Source of the DNA: an uncultured Planctomycetaceae bacterium
Lineage (GTDB): Bacteria > Planctomycetota > Planctomycetia > Pirellulales > PALSA-1355
DNA length: 64,000 bases
NCBI GenBank assembly: GCA_963785305.1
Contig: CAWAUV010000008.1
Location: 448,001 to 512,000 of the forward strand
Direction: 5' to 3'
The translations under genes and the position numbers were made by a program. The number at the start of each line of letters is the position of its first letter. The first letter of the stretch is position 1. The notes beneath the pieces are model-generated. The model had not been told where the DNA came from. It worked only from the letters and a program-made list of their open reading frames with translations, and ran no database searches. Of this stretch, positions 44,758 to 56,000 are shown piece after piece.

Positions 44758-46067
44758 ATGGTCGGCATGGGCAAACGGGTTTATCTTCTGGCGACGCTCG
44801 ACACCAAGGGCCTGGAGGCGGCGCTCGTGGCGGGCCGGCTGCGCGAATTGGGCGTCGCGGTGTGTGTCGTCGACACCGGCTGCTTGGGCTCGCCTCGCGC
44901 GGCGGCCGATGTTTCGCGCAAAGCGCTCTTTCAGGCGGCGGGACTTTCGCTCGCCGAGCACATCGAGCGCGGCGATCGCGGCGCCGCCGTCATGGCCGCC
45001 GCTCGCGGGGCCGAAGCGCTCCTGAAAAGCCGCCACGCGCAAGGCGACGTGGCCGGGGTGCTCGCCATCGGCGGTTCGGCCGGCGCCACGATCGGCGCTG
45101 CCGCGATGCGAGCCCTACCGATCGGCGTGCCCAAGCTCATCGTCAGCACCCAAGCGGCCGGCAATGTGCGCGGATATGTCGGCTTCAAGGACATCTCGAT
45201 GATGAACCCGGTGGTCGACATCGCCGGCGTGAATCGCATCAGCCGCGTCGTGCTGGGCGAAGCGGCGGCGGCCATGGCCGGCATGGCGCTCTTCGCCGCG
45301 CCGAACAGCCCGCCCAAGACAAGCCGGTGATCGCCGCGACCATGTTCGGCGTGACCACGCCGTGCGTCGACCATGCCCGGCGGGCGCTCGAAGCGGCCGG
45401 CTATGAAGTGCTGGTCTTTCATGCAACCGGCAGCGGCGGGGCGGCAATGGAGTCGCTCATTCGCGAGGGGCTCGTGGCCGGAGTGCTCGATATCACCACC
45501 ACCGAAATCGCCGACGAGCTCGTCGGCGGAGTGCTCTCGGCCGGCCCCGATCGGCTCACCGCGGCCGGCGATGTCGGCATTCCGCAAGTGGTGTCGGTGG
45601 GAGCGACCGACATGGTCAATTTTCTGGGATTCGACACCGTGCCCCCCGCGTTCCGTGGTCGCGCGTTCTACAAGCACAATGCCAATGTCACCCTGATGCG
45701 CACCACCGAGGGAGAGAATTCGCGGATCGGCGCCGATATCGGCCGCAAGCTCGCCGCGGCCAAGGGGCCGGTGAGCGTGTTGCTACCGGCGCGAGGCGTG
45801 TCGGCGATCGACATCGCCGGCGAACCGTTCGACGATCCTCGGGCGCGGCGAGCGCTATTCGCGGCGATTCGGGAACATTGCGACCCGTCGAATTGCGACC
45901 CGTCGAATTGCGATCCGTCGAATTGCGATCCGGCGGCTCTTGGCCCATCGACTCATTCCTCAGTCGAGATCATCGAGCTTGATCGGCATATCAACGATCC
46001 GGAGTTCGCCGCCGCGGCCGCGGATCGGTTGTTGACCCTCCTCAAACACACGAAAGCATTGCAATGA
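44758..46067 (+). CDS. Tm-1-like ATP-binding domain protein (UPF0261); frameshift ~45300
   Basis: ATLDTKG, GGSAG, PIGVPKL, TMFGVTTPCV, VFHATG, DMVNF and HINDPEFA. Confidence 0.88.
45877..45932 (+). repeat. 15-bp coding tandem repeat, about 3.7 copies (CDPSN)n
   Basis: ATTGCGA(C/T)CCGTCGA is repeated in frame. Confidence 0.9.
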
Positions 46068-47882
46068 CCATTGGCTTAGCTCGCCTCGCGCGAAACGGTA
46101 ATATGCTCATTTGCCTGTTGCTGCTGGCGGCCTTCGCGGCGCTGGGCGAAGCTCGAGCGCAAATTCAATCGCCGGAGAAAAACAATCCCATCGGCGCGCC
46201 GTGGCCCGCCATCGATGGCCTAGGCCGCTCGCTGCCGGCCGCCGAGCGCAACGCTTCGCCTCGCGCCGATCGCGCCGTTGGCATGTTCTATTTTCTCTGG
46301 CATGGCCAACATCCCTATGGCTCGCCGGGTCCTGAAACGCCTCGCGATATTTCGCGCATAATGGCCGCCGACCCCGACGCGCTGCAAAAGCCCAATTCGC
46401 CGCTCTGGGGCGCGCCGGGCGTGCCGCATTATTGGGCCCAGCCGCTTTATGGCTATTATCGGAGCGACGACCCTTGGGTGCTGCGGCGCCATGCCTATCT
46501 CCTGGCCGACGCCGGCATCGACATGCTGCTCTTCGACACGACCAACGCCGTGACCTATCGCGATGTGTTTTTGGAACTTTGCAAAGTGTTCGCCGAGCTG
46601 CGCACCGCGGGCGAAGCGACCCCGAAATTCGCGTTTATGGTCAACACCCAAGCCGGCGAAACGGCCGAACGCATCTATCGCGACCTTTATGAGCCCGGCA
46701 AATATCGCGAGTTGTGGTTTTCGTGGCAAGGCAAGCCGCTCTTGATCTGCGATCCGGCGGCGGCGAGCCCGCGGCTGCGGGAGTTCTTCACTCTACGCAA
46801 AGCGCACTGGCCTTTTACCATGGTCAACACCGAGCGGGCTTGGCACTGGGAAGCCACCTATCCCCAACCCTTCGGCTACGACACCGACGCCGCCCGGCCC
46901 GAGCAAGTGAGCGTGTCGGTGGCGCAGAATCTGCCGCGCCGCCGATGGCCTCGTGACCAACATGAGCCGGCTCGATGCTCGCGGGCGAAGCTTTCACGAG
47001 GGCCGCGAGGATGCGCAAAAGGGCGCGGTTAATCACGGCTATAATTTCGAGGAGCAATGGCGGCGAGCCCACGAGCTGGCCCCGCCCTTCGTGCTCGTGA
47101 CCGGCTGGAACGAATGGATCGCCGGTCGATTCGCCGAGGCCGATGGTCGGTTGGCCTTCGTCGATCAGTTCGATGAGGAATTCAGCCGCGACATCGAGCC
47201 GATGCAAGGCGGACACGCCGACAATTACTACTATCAACTCGTCGCCAATGTGCGCAAGCACAAAGGCTCGCCGCCGCTGCCTCGGGCCTCGGCCCCGGCG
47301 ACGATCGACATCGCCGGGAGCTTCGAGCCCTCGCGCGATGTGCGACCCGAGTTCGTGGACCATCGCGCGGAAACGCTCCCGCGAGATCACGATGGCGTCG
47401 GCGGCCGGCACTATGAAAACCGTTCGGGCCGCAATGACTTGGCGCTCATGAAAGTCGCCCGCGATGAGAATTCGGTCTATTTTTATGCCCGCGCGCGCGA
47501 GCCGCTTTGCCCGCCCGACGACCGCTGGATGTGGCTCCTGATCGACACGGATCAAAACCGCGCCACCGGCTGGCAGGGCTACGATCTTCGCATCCGGCGC
47601 GACCCAGCCTCGGGCCGAGGCGTGATCGAGCGCTGCGTCGGCGGCGTCTGGGAATGGGCCCGCGAGGCCGAGGCGTCGTTGCGATTCGAAGGCGCCGAGC
47701 TGCATTTGGCGATTCCGCGATCACTGTTCGCGGCCGGAGCCAAGGCCGGGAAGCAGCCATCGCCGCTGTCGTTCGATTTCAAATGGGTCGACAGCCCGCA
47801 AGAGCCGGGAAATGTGCTCGACTTTTACCTCAGCGGCGACACAGCGCCCGAAGGCCGCTTCAACTACCGCTTCAGCGAGTAG
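46064..47882 (+). CDS. Secreted glycoside hydrolase-like protein (GH99/GH71-like TIM barrel); frameshift ~46940
   Basis: Signal peptide; FYFLWH, PLYGYY, HA-LL-DAGID, GKPLL, TGWNEW and SRDIEP. Confidence 0.65.
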
Positions 47883-47914
47883 CGGTCGCACGAGCGTGGA
47901 TCACGCGCCGCCAT

Positions 47915-47944
47915 TTGACACCCGCTGGGTTTGGCTCTTACAAT
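47915..47944 (+). promoter_or_regulatory. Putative sigma70 promoter of purM
   Basis: TTGACA-N18-TACAAT. Confidence 0.6.
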
Positions 47945-47982
47945 GCCCTGCTTTCTACCCGGTCCGGTAGGCGCCAAGATCA

Positions 47983-49045
47983 ATGGGCAAAGCCACTTAC
48001 AAAGACGCTGGGGTCGACCTGGCTCTCTATGCCGAGAGCATGGCCCGGCTGCCGCGGTTGCTCCATCGCACCTTCAGCCCGCGAGTGCGCCGGCTCGATG
48101 GCGGCTTTGCCGGCCTCTTTCAACTCGACTTTGCCGGCAGCCTATTTGCCCGCAACTATCAGCGGCCCGTGCTCGTGGCCTCGACCGATGGCGTGGGCAC
48201 CAAGCTGAAAGTGGCCCAATTGGTGGGCGACCATGGCACGGTGGGCATCGACCTCGTGGCGATGAGTGTCAACGACACGATCTGCTGCGGCGCCGAACCG
48301 CTCCTATTTCTCGACTATGTGGCCATGTCGCACGACGACCCCGCCCTGCTCGAGCGAATCGTGTCGGGCGTGTCCGATGGCTGCGTCGACGCCGATTGCG
48401 CCCTGCTCGGCGGCGAAACCGCCATCATGCCCGACCTCTATGCCCGCGGCGACTACGACCTCGCCGGCTTCTGCGTGGGCGTGGTCGAGAGCAGCCGCGT
48501 GATCGATGGCAAGGCGATCACGCCCGGCGATGTAGTATTGGGCGTGGCTTCGAGCGGCTTGCATTCCAACGGCTACAGCCTGGCCCGCAAGATCGTCTTC
48601 GACATCGTCGGCTTGGCGGTCGACGCGCATGTCGAAGAGCTCGGCGCGACCGTGGGCCGCGCAGTTGCTCGAGCCGACGCGGATTTATGCTCGACCGGTG
48701 CGACGCGTGCTGAATAAATATAAAGTCAAACATGTCGTGCATGGCATTGCCCATATCACGGGCGGCGGGTTGCATGAGAACCTGTCGCGCATCCTGCCCG
48801 AGGGAGTGCGAGTGACGATCGATCGCGGCAGTTGGGCGGCGGGGCCGGTCTTTGGCTGGCTTCAGCGGCTGGGCGAAGTCGACGACGACGAAATGTATCG
48901 CGTCTTCAACATGGGCATTGGGCTCGTGCTCGTGGTGGCGCCGTTTTACGCGGAAAGCATCCGTCATCAATTGGCCGACTGTGGCCTCGAAACATGGACC
49001 ATCGGTCGCGCGATCGCGGGACCGCGCGCGGTCGCGTGGTCATAA
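47983..49045 (+). CDS. purM: Phosphoribosylformylglycinamidine cyclo-ligase (frameshift ~48660)
   Basis: [37 protein letters not shown] and FNMGIG. Confidence 0.96.
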
Positions 49046-49096
49046 CCCGCGGCGTCGGGGGTCCCTAAGGGCGCTCGCGAGCGTGAATTTCACCCC

Positions 49097-50122
49097 ATGA
49101 ATATTCTCACGATCGAATCCACGTGTGATGAAACCGCCGCGGCCGTGGTCACTGGCGAGCTCGAGATTCGTTCGAGCGTGGTCGCCACTCAGGAGCCGCT
49201 CCATGAGCGGTTTGGCGGGGTGGTTCCGGAAATCGCCTCGCGGGCCCATCTCGAGCGCATCTTGCCGGTGATCGACGAAGCGCTCCGCCGCGCCAAGGTT
49301 TCTCTCCGCGAGATCGACGCCGTGGCCGTGGCCAACATGCCGGGCTTGGCGGGTTCGCTGCTCGTGGGACTCGTGGCCGCCAAGACCCTGGCCCTGGCCC
49401 TTGGCAAGCCGCTCGTGGCCGTGAATCATTTGCATGCGCATGTGTATGCTTGCCGGCTGGCGGCCGGGCGCGATGTGTTTCCCTGCCTGGGACTGATCGT
49501 GAGCGGCGGGCACACGAGTCTCTACCGTTGCCGCACGCCGGTCGAATTCGAGCTGCTCGGGGGCACCATCGACGACGCCGCCGGCGAGGCATTCGATAAA
49601 GTGGCCAGTCTGCTCGGCCTGCCCTTTCCCGGCGGACCGGCGATCGAGCGCGCCGCGCGCTCCGGCAATCCGGAGGCCCATGCCTTTCCGCGACCATTTC
49701 TCAAAGAGCCCGAGCGGCTCGAATTTAGCTTTAGCGGGCTCAAGACGGCGGTCCGCTATGCGATTGCCCGGCCGGGCGAGCCAACGCCGAAGTCGCTCGC
49801 GCCGGAAGTGGTGGCGAACCTGGCGGCCAGTTTTCAGGCGGCGGTGATCGATTGCCTGGTGGGCAAGGCCCTGGCGGCGCTGCGGCAACACCGGCTGGAA
49901 GTGCTTTGCGTGGGCGGGGGAGTGGCGGCCAACGGGGCGTTTCGCGCACGGCTCGCGCGGGAATGCGAAGCGCGCGACATCGAACTGCATGTGCCGCCGC
50001 TGTCGCTCTGCACCGACAACGCCGCGATGGGCGCGATCGCGGTCGAGCGCCTGAAGCGAGGACTGATCGAATCACTGGAGCTCGACATCTCGCCCGGCCT
50101 CGTGCGGCCCAATCGAAGTTGA
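49097..50122 (+). CDS. tsaD: tRNA threonylcarbamoyladenosine biosynthesis protein TsaD
   Basis: IESTCDET, GGVVPEIASRAH, NHLHAH, VSGGHT, DDAAGEAFDK, FSFSGLKT and CTDNAAM. Confidence 0.96.
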   Translation: MNILTIESTCDETAAAVVTGELEIRSSVVATQEPLHERFGGVVPEIASRAHLERILPVIDEALRRAKVSLREIDAVAVANMPGLAGSLLVGLVAAKTLALALGKPLVAVNHLHAHVYACRLAAGRDVFPCLGLIVSGGHTSLYRCRTPVEFELLGGTIDDAAGEAFDKVASLLGLPFPGGPAIERAARSGNPEAHAFPRPFLKEPERLEFSFSGLKTAVRYAIARPGEPTPKSLAPEVVANLAASFQAAVIDCLVGKALAALRQHRLEVLCVGGGVAANGAFRARLARECEARDIELHVPPLSLCTDNAAMGAIAVERLKRGLIESLELDISPGLVRPNRS

Positions 50123-50153
50123 ACGGCGCGAATTCCGAAGATTGCGACCCGAT

Positions 50154-50420
50154 ACAAGCCTGAAGCGCCAGCGAAGGATTTCTTCGCTAGCGCTTTGTCA
50201 CGGCTGCAATGATGGATTGGATTCGTTCCGTGTGCGATGCCCACGGCCTTGAGTGGGCATGAGGACTTCGCGTGGCGCTTGAAAACAGGCCCACTCAAGG
50301 CAGTGGGCATGGCACACGCGCGAACCGAATTATCCATCATTTCAGCCGTGAACGAGCACGAGCGATTCAGGCTTATCGGGGGCTTCGAGAATACATTCTT
50401 CGCTAGCGCTTCAGGCTTGT
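50154..50420. repeat. REP-like family A cluster interrupted by a family B MITE
   Basis: Left arm at 50154, a right arm split at CTAG 50187, and an extra right arm at 50398-50420. Confidence 0.8.
50187..50362. mobile_element. MITE-like element, family B (uninterrupted copy) with two internal ATGCCCAC...GTGGGCAT hairpins
   Basis: TIRs CTAGCGCTTTGTCACGGCTGCAATGATGGAT / ATCCATCATTTCAGCCGTGAACGAGCACGAG; homologous to 39572-40217. Confidence 0.82.
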
Positions 50421-50484
50421 GTTGGGGGCTTCGGCGAGCGGGCAGCGGAATGGGACCACGGGACTCTTCTCGTCGCTCCCCGGT

Positions 50485-51429
50485 TCAGCCGAGGCCGAGG
50501 CACTCGTCCATGCGGCGCGAAATATCGCGGAGCTTGTCGGCGCCGCCGCCGCCCACCTCGGCCGTGGCCCAGCCCTCGTAGCCGATCTCGGCCAGGGCCT
50601 TGCGCACATCGGGCCAGTTTTCATCGCCTTCGCCGATTGCCACCCAACCGTTCTTGTTGCTGTAGCCCTTGAAGTCGAACTTGAGCATTCGCTTGCCCAG
50701 GGCTCGAATCCAATCGGCGGGCGGCGCCCCGTATTTGATCATGTTGCTCACATCGAAATACGCGCCCACGATCGGGTCGTGGAATTCATCGACATATTGA
50801 ACAAGCTGTTCGGGCTTGGTGATGAAGTTGTTCCAGACCACTTCGATCGCGATCTTCACGCCCAACTCGTGGGCCTCGGGAATCGCCTTGCGAATCTCGG
50901 CCTGACTGCGCGACCAGACCTGCTCATAGTTTTCGGTTTCGGGATTCGTCACTTTGCCGGGCACCAGGAGCACGGTGGTAGCGCCATAGGTCTTCGCGTC
51001 GCGCAGGGCGCCGCGCAAGGCTTCGAGCCCTTTTTCGCGCGCCGCCGGATCGGGATCGGAGAGCCGTGTTTGCCAATGGATCGAATCGACGACGCCATGA
51101 ATATCGATGCCGGTCTTGTCGCGGGCCGAGACCGCTTCCTCCAAATTCACATTGCTGGGGCTGTCCATCTCCACGCCCTGAAAGCCGAGCGACTTGATCA
51201 GGGCGAACTTCTCCTCGATCGTTTTCCCCTGCCCGATCATGCCGAACTTCACCGCCTTTTTCAGCTTCAGGCGCGGCCCGTCGCCACCCGCGGGCTGAGT
51301 CGTCGCGGGCCTTGGCGCGGTATCGTCGGCCAAGACATCTCGGGCGAGAGTCCCGGCGGCCAACGAGCCGGCGGCGACAGAGCCGCAAAGTGTTTTCAGA
51401 AAATCGCGACGTTTCGAGAGGTCGGTCAT
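50485..51429 (-). CDS. Tat-exported sugar phosphate isomerase/epimerase (xylose isomerase-like TIM barrel)
   Basis: Twin-arginine SKRRDFLK; IAIEVVWN, YFDVSN, DFKGY and WATAEV. Confidence 0.88.
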   Translation of the reverse strand: MTDLSKRRDFLKTLCGSVAAGSLAAGTLARDVLADDTAPRPATTQPAGGDGPRLKLKKAVKFGMIGQGKTIEEKFALIKSLGFQGVEMDSPSNVNLEEAVSARDKTGIDIHGVVDSIHWQTRLSDPDPAAREKGLEALRGALRDAKTYGATTVLLVPGKVTNPETENYEQVWSRSQAEIRKAIPEAHELGVKIAIEVVWNNFITKPEQLVQYVDEFHDPIVGAYFDVSNMIKYGAPPADWIRALGKRMLKFDFKGYSNKNGWVAIGEGDENWPDVRKALAEIGYEGWATAEVGGGGADKLRDISRRMDECLGLG

Positions 51430-51840
51430 GGCAAGGGGGTTCCTGGAGAGGTTCGCCTCGATATGCGATCGCATATTTCCAACGTGTCCAAGCTACTGGG
51501 GCCGAATCGCAAATGCAATCATTTCCCCAGATTTTGGAATCGATCACCGACGTTGGCGGGCGCGGTCCTCATGCAATCTGGTCCGGCGTTCGATCGCACG
51601 GCGCCTCCCCGCGTATCCACGCGTGGTCAACTGACGAACGCACCAAGTAACTTGCTACAATTCGAGTTGATCGGCTCGTTCGTTAGGGGAAACGGCGCGG
51701 CGTCAGTCAACTACCGGCGCGAATCAAGGACAGGCAGTGGAACGCTTCGCGAGAATCGTGCTTGGCTATCACGGAGCCAAAACCGGCGACGCCGCGACCT
51801 ATGCAAGGAGTCTTCTCGTGGGTGATGTCGGGATCGAAGA

Positions 51841-52524
51841 ATGGAAACCGAGCGAAACAAGCTGAACACGACAAACTTTTGGCTCGATCGCGCGAAAGAG
51901 CGTCTCAAAGAACAATTGCCCGGTGTCTTATTCGAGCGGCTACAGGCTCAGGCGGTAATCAACGAACGAGGTGAAGTGAACGTAATGCTTCATCAGTGGG
52001 ATGCCTTCCTCGCCATCGTCGAATTGAATCGGGCAACTGACAGCACTCGGATTCATGCCTTTCGTTGCCTAAGGCCCGAATTCGGCCTGCCAGGCAACGC
52101 GTTGATCGACGTCACGCGAGATTCGATGGTGGCCCACCTTAGGGATGGAAAAAAATCATTACGGCCCGCCGAGACGCAAGGTTGGGTATCTGGAGGGAAG
52201 GATGCCTTGTTCGTCTTTCGGACAACGGATACATCCAATGCGGATCGGGTGATGATCTCAATGACGATGTTGGATCTCTTCCAGAGTTCGGGCATAACGA
52301 TTCAATTCAATAATCGCAACCGACGACATGCATGCCGCTCGGCGGCGGCAACGCTCTTGCTATTCCATCGGCTCGATCAGCGAGGGGGCCACATCCGGCG
52401 GCTCCGCTCCGTCGGCTGGTGGGCGCCACTCGCAATCGAGCAGCGCGACGAGTCCCTCGCAAACTTCCGGCGCTCGACGCGAGACTTCGTTTACTTCCCA
52501 CCGATCGCTCGGCTTGGCGAATAA
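51841..52524 (+). CDS. Hypothetical protein (lower GC; 3' end uncertain)
   Basis: 227-aa ORF in a lower-GC patch. Its 3' part overlaps the convergent sulfatase-like gene, so the true end is probably near 52350. Confidence 0.4.
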   Translation: METERNKLNTTNFWLDRAKERLKEQLPGVLFERLQAQAVINERGEVNVMLHQWDAFLAIVELNRATDSTRIHAFRCLRPEFGLPGNALIDVTRDSMVAHLRDGKKSLRPAETQGWVSGGKDALFVFRTTDTSNADRVMISMTMLDLFQSSGITIQFNNRNRRHACRSAAATLLLFHRLDQRGGHIRRLRSVGWWAPLAIEQRDESLANFRRSTRDFVYFPPIARLGE

Positions 52525-53604
52525 TTCCCACTGTGGCGATGGCCCCGCGGCCGCTTGCGCAAGAACCAGGCCGGAGTGCGAATCGCGCGCTCGCCCTCGA
52601 CGCCCGAGATCGTGGCCCAGCGGCGCTCGCTCGCGACTTCTTCTCGCACGAGCGGCAGCAAATCGCGTGCTCGCCCGGAGCGCCGCGGGGCTATCGGCTT
52701 ATCAAGCGCGGGAGTCCACCACGCCGCGAGCGTCGCGGGCAGATCGTCATGCGCCACGATCGCGCCGCCGCGGCCGAGCGAGCCCGCGCCATCGGGCAGG
52801 CGCAGAAACCAGGGTATCGATACCAGTTCGCCATAAAGCGGCGCGTTTTCTCCACCGACGCGGCCATGTTCCCCCAGGGGAAAACCACGGCTCGAGAGCA
52901 GCGTGAAGAGCGTCGAGCCGTGATGCGGCGACTCGGCCAGTGACTCGCGCAATAGGCCAAGGCACGCATCCAGCGCCGCGATCTGTCCGCAATAGGCTTG
53001 GGTGACGCCGAGAAGTTCATCGGGGTCGTAGCCCTTGGCGAGCGTCAGGTCGGGCGGGGCGATGAACCGCGGCGGCGGCGGGTCTTCTTCGTCGGCCATG
53101 CTGGCGCGAAGTTCATAGGGCGCATCCCAACCGGCCGCCATGCCTTGGGCATGCACCCACAACAAAAACGGCGCTCGAGCCGATTCGATCCATTCGGCCG
53201 CCGCAGCGAACACGCGCGCCATGGCCACGTCGGCCACATCGAGCGCCGCGCCGCGCGGCTCGAAGCTTTCAAGAAGCACTCGCTGGCCAAACCGCTCGGC
53301 GAGCGAGTGCTTCGCCACGCGCGGCTCATCGGTCACCAGACACGATTCGACGCCACGCTCCGCGACCAGCGCCGCCAGCGACATCGGCGCCGCGTTCCCG
53401 GCGGAACCGCTGGGTCGCACGCTCCACACGCGCATCATAACCCTTCTCAAGCCGCGAATCGGCCACCAAGGCGGTGTCGAACACAAACGACTCGGCCGCC
53501 AGCGCGTCGAACTCCGGAGTCGACACGACCGTGGCGCCATAGGGCCCAAGAAAACCCTGGTTCAGGCGATCGACCACGACAACAACGGCGCTCGGTGGGG
53601 GCAT
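52360..53604 (-). CDS. Sulfatase-like hydrolase (alkaline phosphatase superfamily); two frameshifts
   Basis: VVVVDRL...LGPYG...TPEFDALAAES, FLLWVH, Y-GQI-ALD, RGFPLGEHG, D-PATL and ELFAKPSDRWEVN. Confidence 0.78.
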
Positions 53605-53646
53605 CGCCGCATTGTAACCGCGACCGCCCAATACTGGCGAGCGCTG

Positions 53647-54403
53647 CTAGCGCCGCGACCCGCTCGCGAGTTCGCGCCACATCAGGCTGGGCAGCATCCA
53701 GGCGTCGCGGGCATAGCGGCTGGCCAATCGGCGCGGTTCGCTTGCCAGACGGTGCAGCCATTCGAGGCCCACCGCGCGCATCCAACGCGGCGCTCTTCGC
53801 TTTTCGCCGGCGAGAAAGTCGATCGAAGCGCCCGCGCACACGCGCGACGCTGGCCCGAATCCGCTCGCGATGGGCATCGACCCAAAGTTCTTGCTTCGGC
53901 GCGCCAAGACCCAAGATCAACAGATCGGGCCTCGCGCGGTCGATCGCCGCGAGGATTCGCTCGTTTTCGCGAGGATCGTGTTCGAATCCCAGCGGCGGGC
54001 AGTCGTGGCCCACGACCGTGATCTGCCGCCAACGCGAGGTGATATTGCGGCCTGCCCGCTCGGCGACCCCCGGGCCGGCGCCGAGCAAGAACACACGGAG
54101 CCCGCCCACGCGATTGGCCCGTGACAAGAGCGCGGGCACGAGGTCGCTGCCGGCCACGCGTTGTTTCAGCGGCCGTCGCAAGAGTCGCGCGGCCGCCACC
54201 ACCGGCATGCCGTCGGCCAGCACCAGCGACGCATGTTCATAGGCGGTTCGCAGACCCGCGTGATGCTGAAACATCACCACATGATCCAGATTCGGCGTCA
54301 CGACAAAGCGGCAGGTCGGACCCGGATGGCGGGTCCAGGAAAGCACGCGCTCGACCGCCTCGGGCATTCGCAGGGCGTCGATTTCGATTCCAAACAATCG
54401 CAC
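53647..54403 (-). CDS. WecB/TagA/CpsF family glycosyltransferase (frameshift ~53845; may be fused to the upstream GT4)
   Basis: VVTPNLDH, LADGMP, RVAGSDL, GLGAPKQE, GASIDF, RAP and GLEWLHRL. Confidence 0.9.
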
Positions 54404-55651
54404 CCGCCGCGAAAGCGGGGCGCCGAGCGCCGCGCGACCGGCTCGCCCGCGAGAAGTTTCGCATACAGCGCCGCCATGCGCTGGGCCATCGCCGTGTCGG
54501 AGAAATGGGTCAGTTGGCGACGATGCGCCGATTCACGCAGCCGATTCCAATCGGCTTCGCCATCGAGCAATCGCGAGATCTGGCGCTTCAGGTCTTGCGG
54601 CCGAGCCGGTTCGGCGAGCAGGCCATCGAGACCATCGCGAATGGCTTGCGGAATGCCTTCGACCCTGGTGGCCACGACCGGAGCGCCGGCCGCCATGGCT
54701 TCGAGAGCCACCATCGGCATGCCTTCGCCAAACAGGCTGGGCAACACAAACAAATCCATGCGCCGCAGTTCGGCGGGAACATTGCTCGAAAAGCCGGTCC
54801 AGTCGACGTGATCTTCCAAGCCCAACTGGGCCACGAGTCGATGAACCTCAAGCGCGTAGCCGGGCGTTTCAAAGGCGCCGACAGCCCGCAGGGCAACGTC
54901 ATAACCCTCCCCCACCAGCAGCGCCAGCGCTTCGAGGAGCGATTCAATGCCTTTGCGGGGTCGAAACAGCGCCACGCAGCCCAAAGTCCAGCGGCCCTCG
55001 GGTCGGGCGCGCCGCGGAAGCGGACCGAGCGCCGGGACTCCGTTGGGCGACACGACAATGCGGGCTCGGTCGACGCCTTGCTCGATCGCATAAGGCACGA
55101 GGCTATCCGACACCACCACAACTGCGTCGGCCGCGCGCATCGCCCAGCCTTCGACCGCGGCGTTGATCGCGTCGCGACGTGGATGCGTCGAATCGTGCGC
55201 CGTGGGGCTATGCACATGATGCACCAGCGACGCGCCGGTCCAAGCCGCCGCCAACCTGCCGACGAGCGCGGCCCGCGGCGTGTGGGTGTGAATGATCCGC
55301 GCGCTGCGCGAGCGCGCGCAAGCGGGCCACCGCCGCGGCCGGTCGAATATCGAAGCGGCCAGCCATGTTGTATTGGAATAGCGGGGCCGACCGCGAACCT
55401 CGTTCGGCGGCGAAGCTTCCGGCCTTGAGGCATACGAAGTTCACCTCATAGCCCAGGGGCCTGAGTCCCTGGGCCAGCAGGTCTTGCACTCGCTCGGCGC
55501 CGGCATAGTGTTCGCCATTGATGACATGCAACACGCGCTCCAGCGCGATATCGCTGGCCGCCGCGAGTTCGGCTTGGCTGGGCGTCAGCGGCGCCAGGGC
55601 CGGGGGCGGCATCGTGAGCAAGGAATCGAGAGTGGTGATATTGGTCGACAT
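54298..55651 (-). CDS. Glycosyltransferase family 4 (frameshift ~55310; 3' end uncertain)
   Basis: VLHVINGEHYAGAER, PNGV, RPRKG and PSLFGEGMPMVALEAMAAG. Confidence 0.9.
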
Positions 55652-56000
55652 ATAGTGCGGCTGCGCCAGATGGGGGGATCCCTAGCGCAAATCTACGTCG
55701 AAAGCGACCCGTGGTAGCGGCCGATGAGCGAGGAAAACTACGAAAAGACCGCCGCGGCGCCGACAGTGGCCCTTACAATCGGAACCGGACGCGGCGACTC
55801 CGAATTTTCGCGCGGATTGTGCCATCGGCTTGCGGTGCGCCGACGGTCGAGCAACAATCAGCAAATTGGCGGGCGGCGGCCGATCGCGATCGGCATGCCC
55901 CCGCGAAAACGGCGCGATCGATGGCGCCATCCCCAGGGCGCGTTTGTTTGGTTGCTTTTGGTCTGTCTTCCGTTGGGCGAATTTCCCAGGAGCATGCTCG

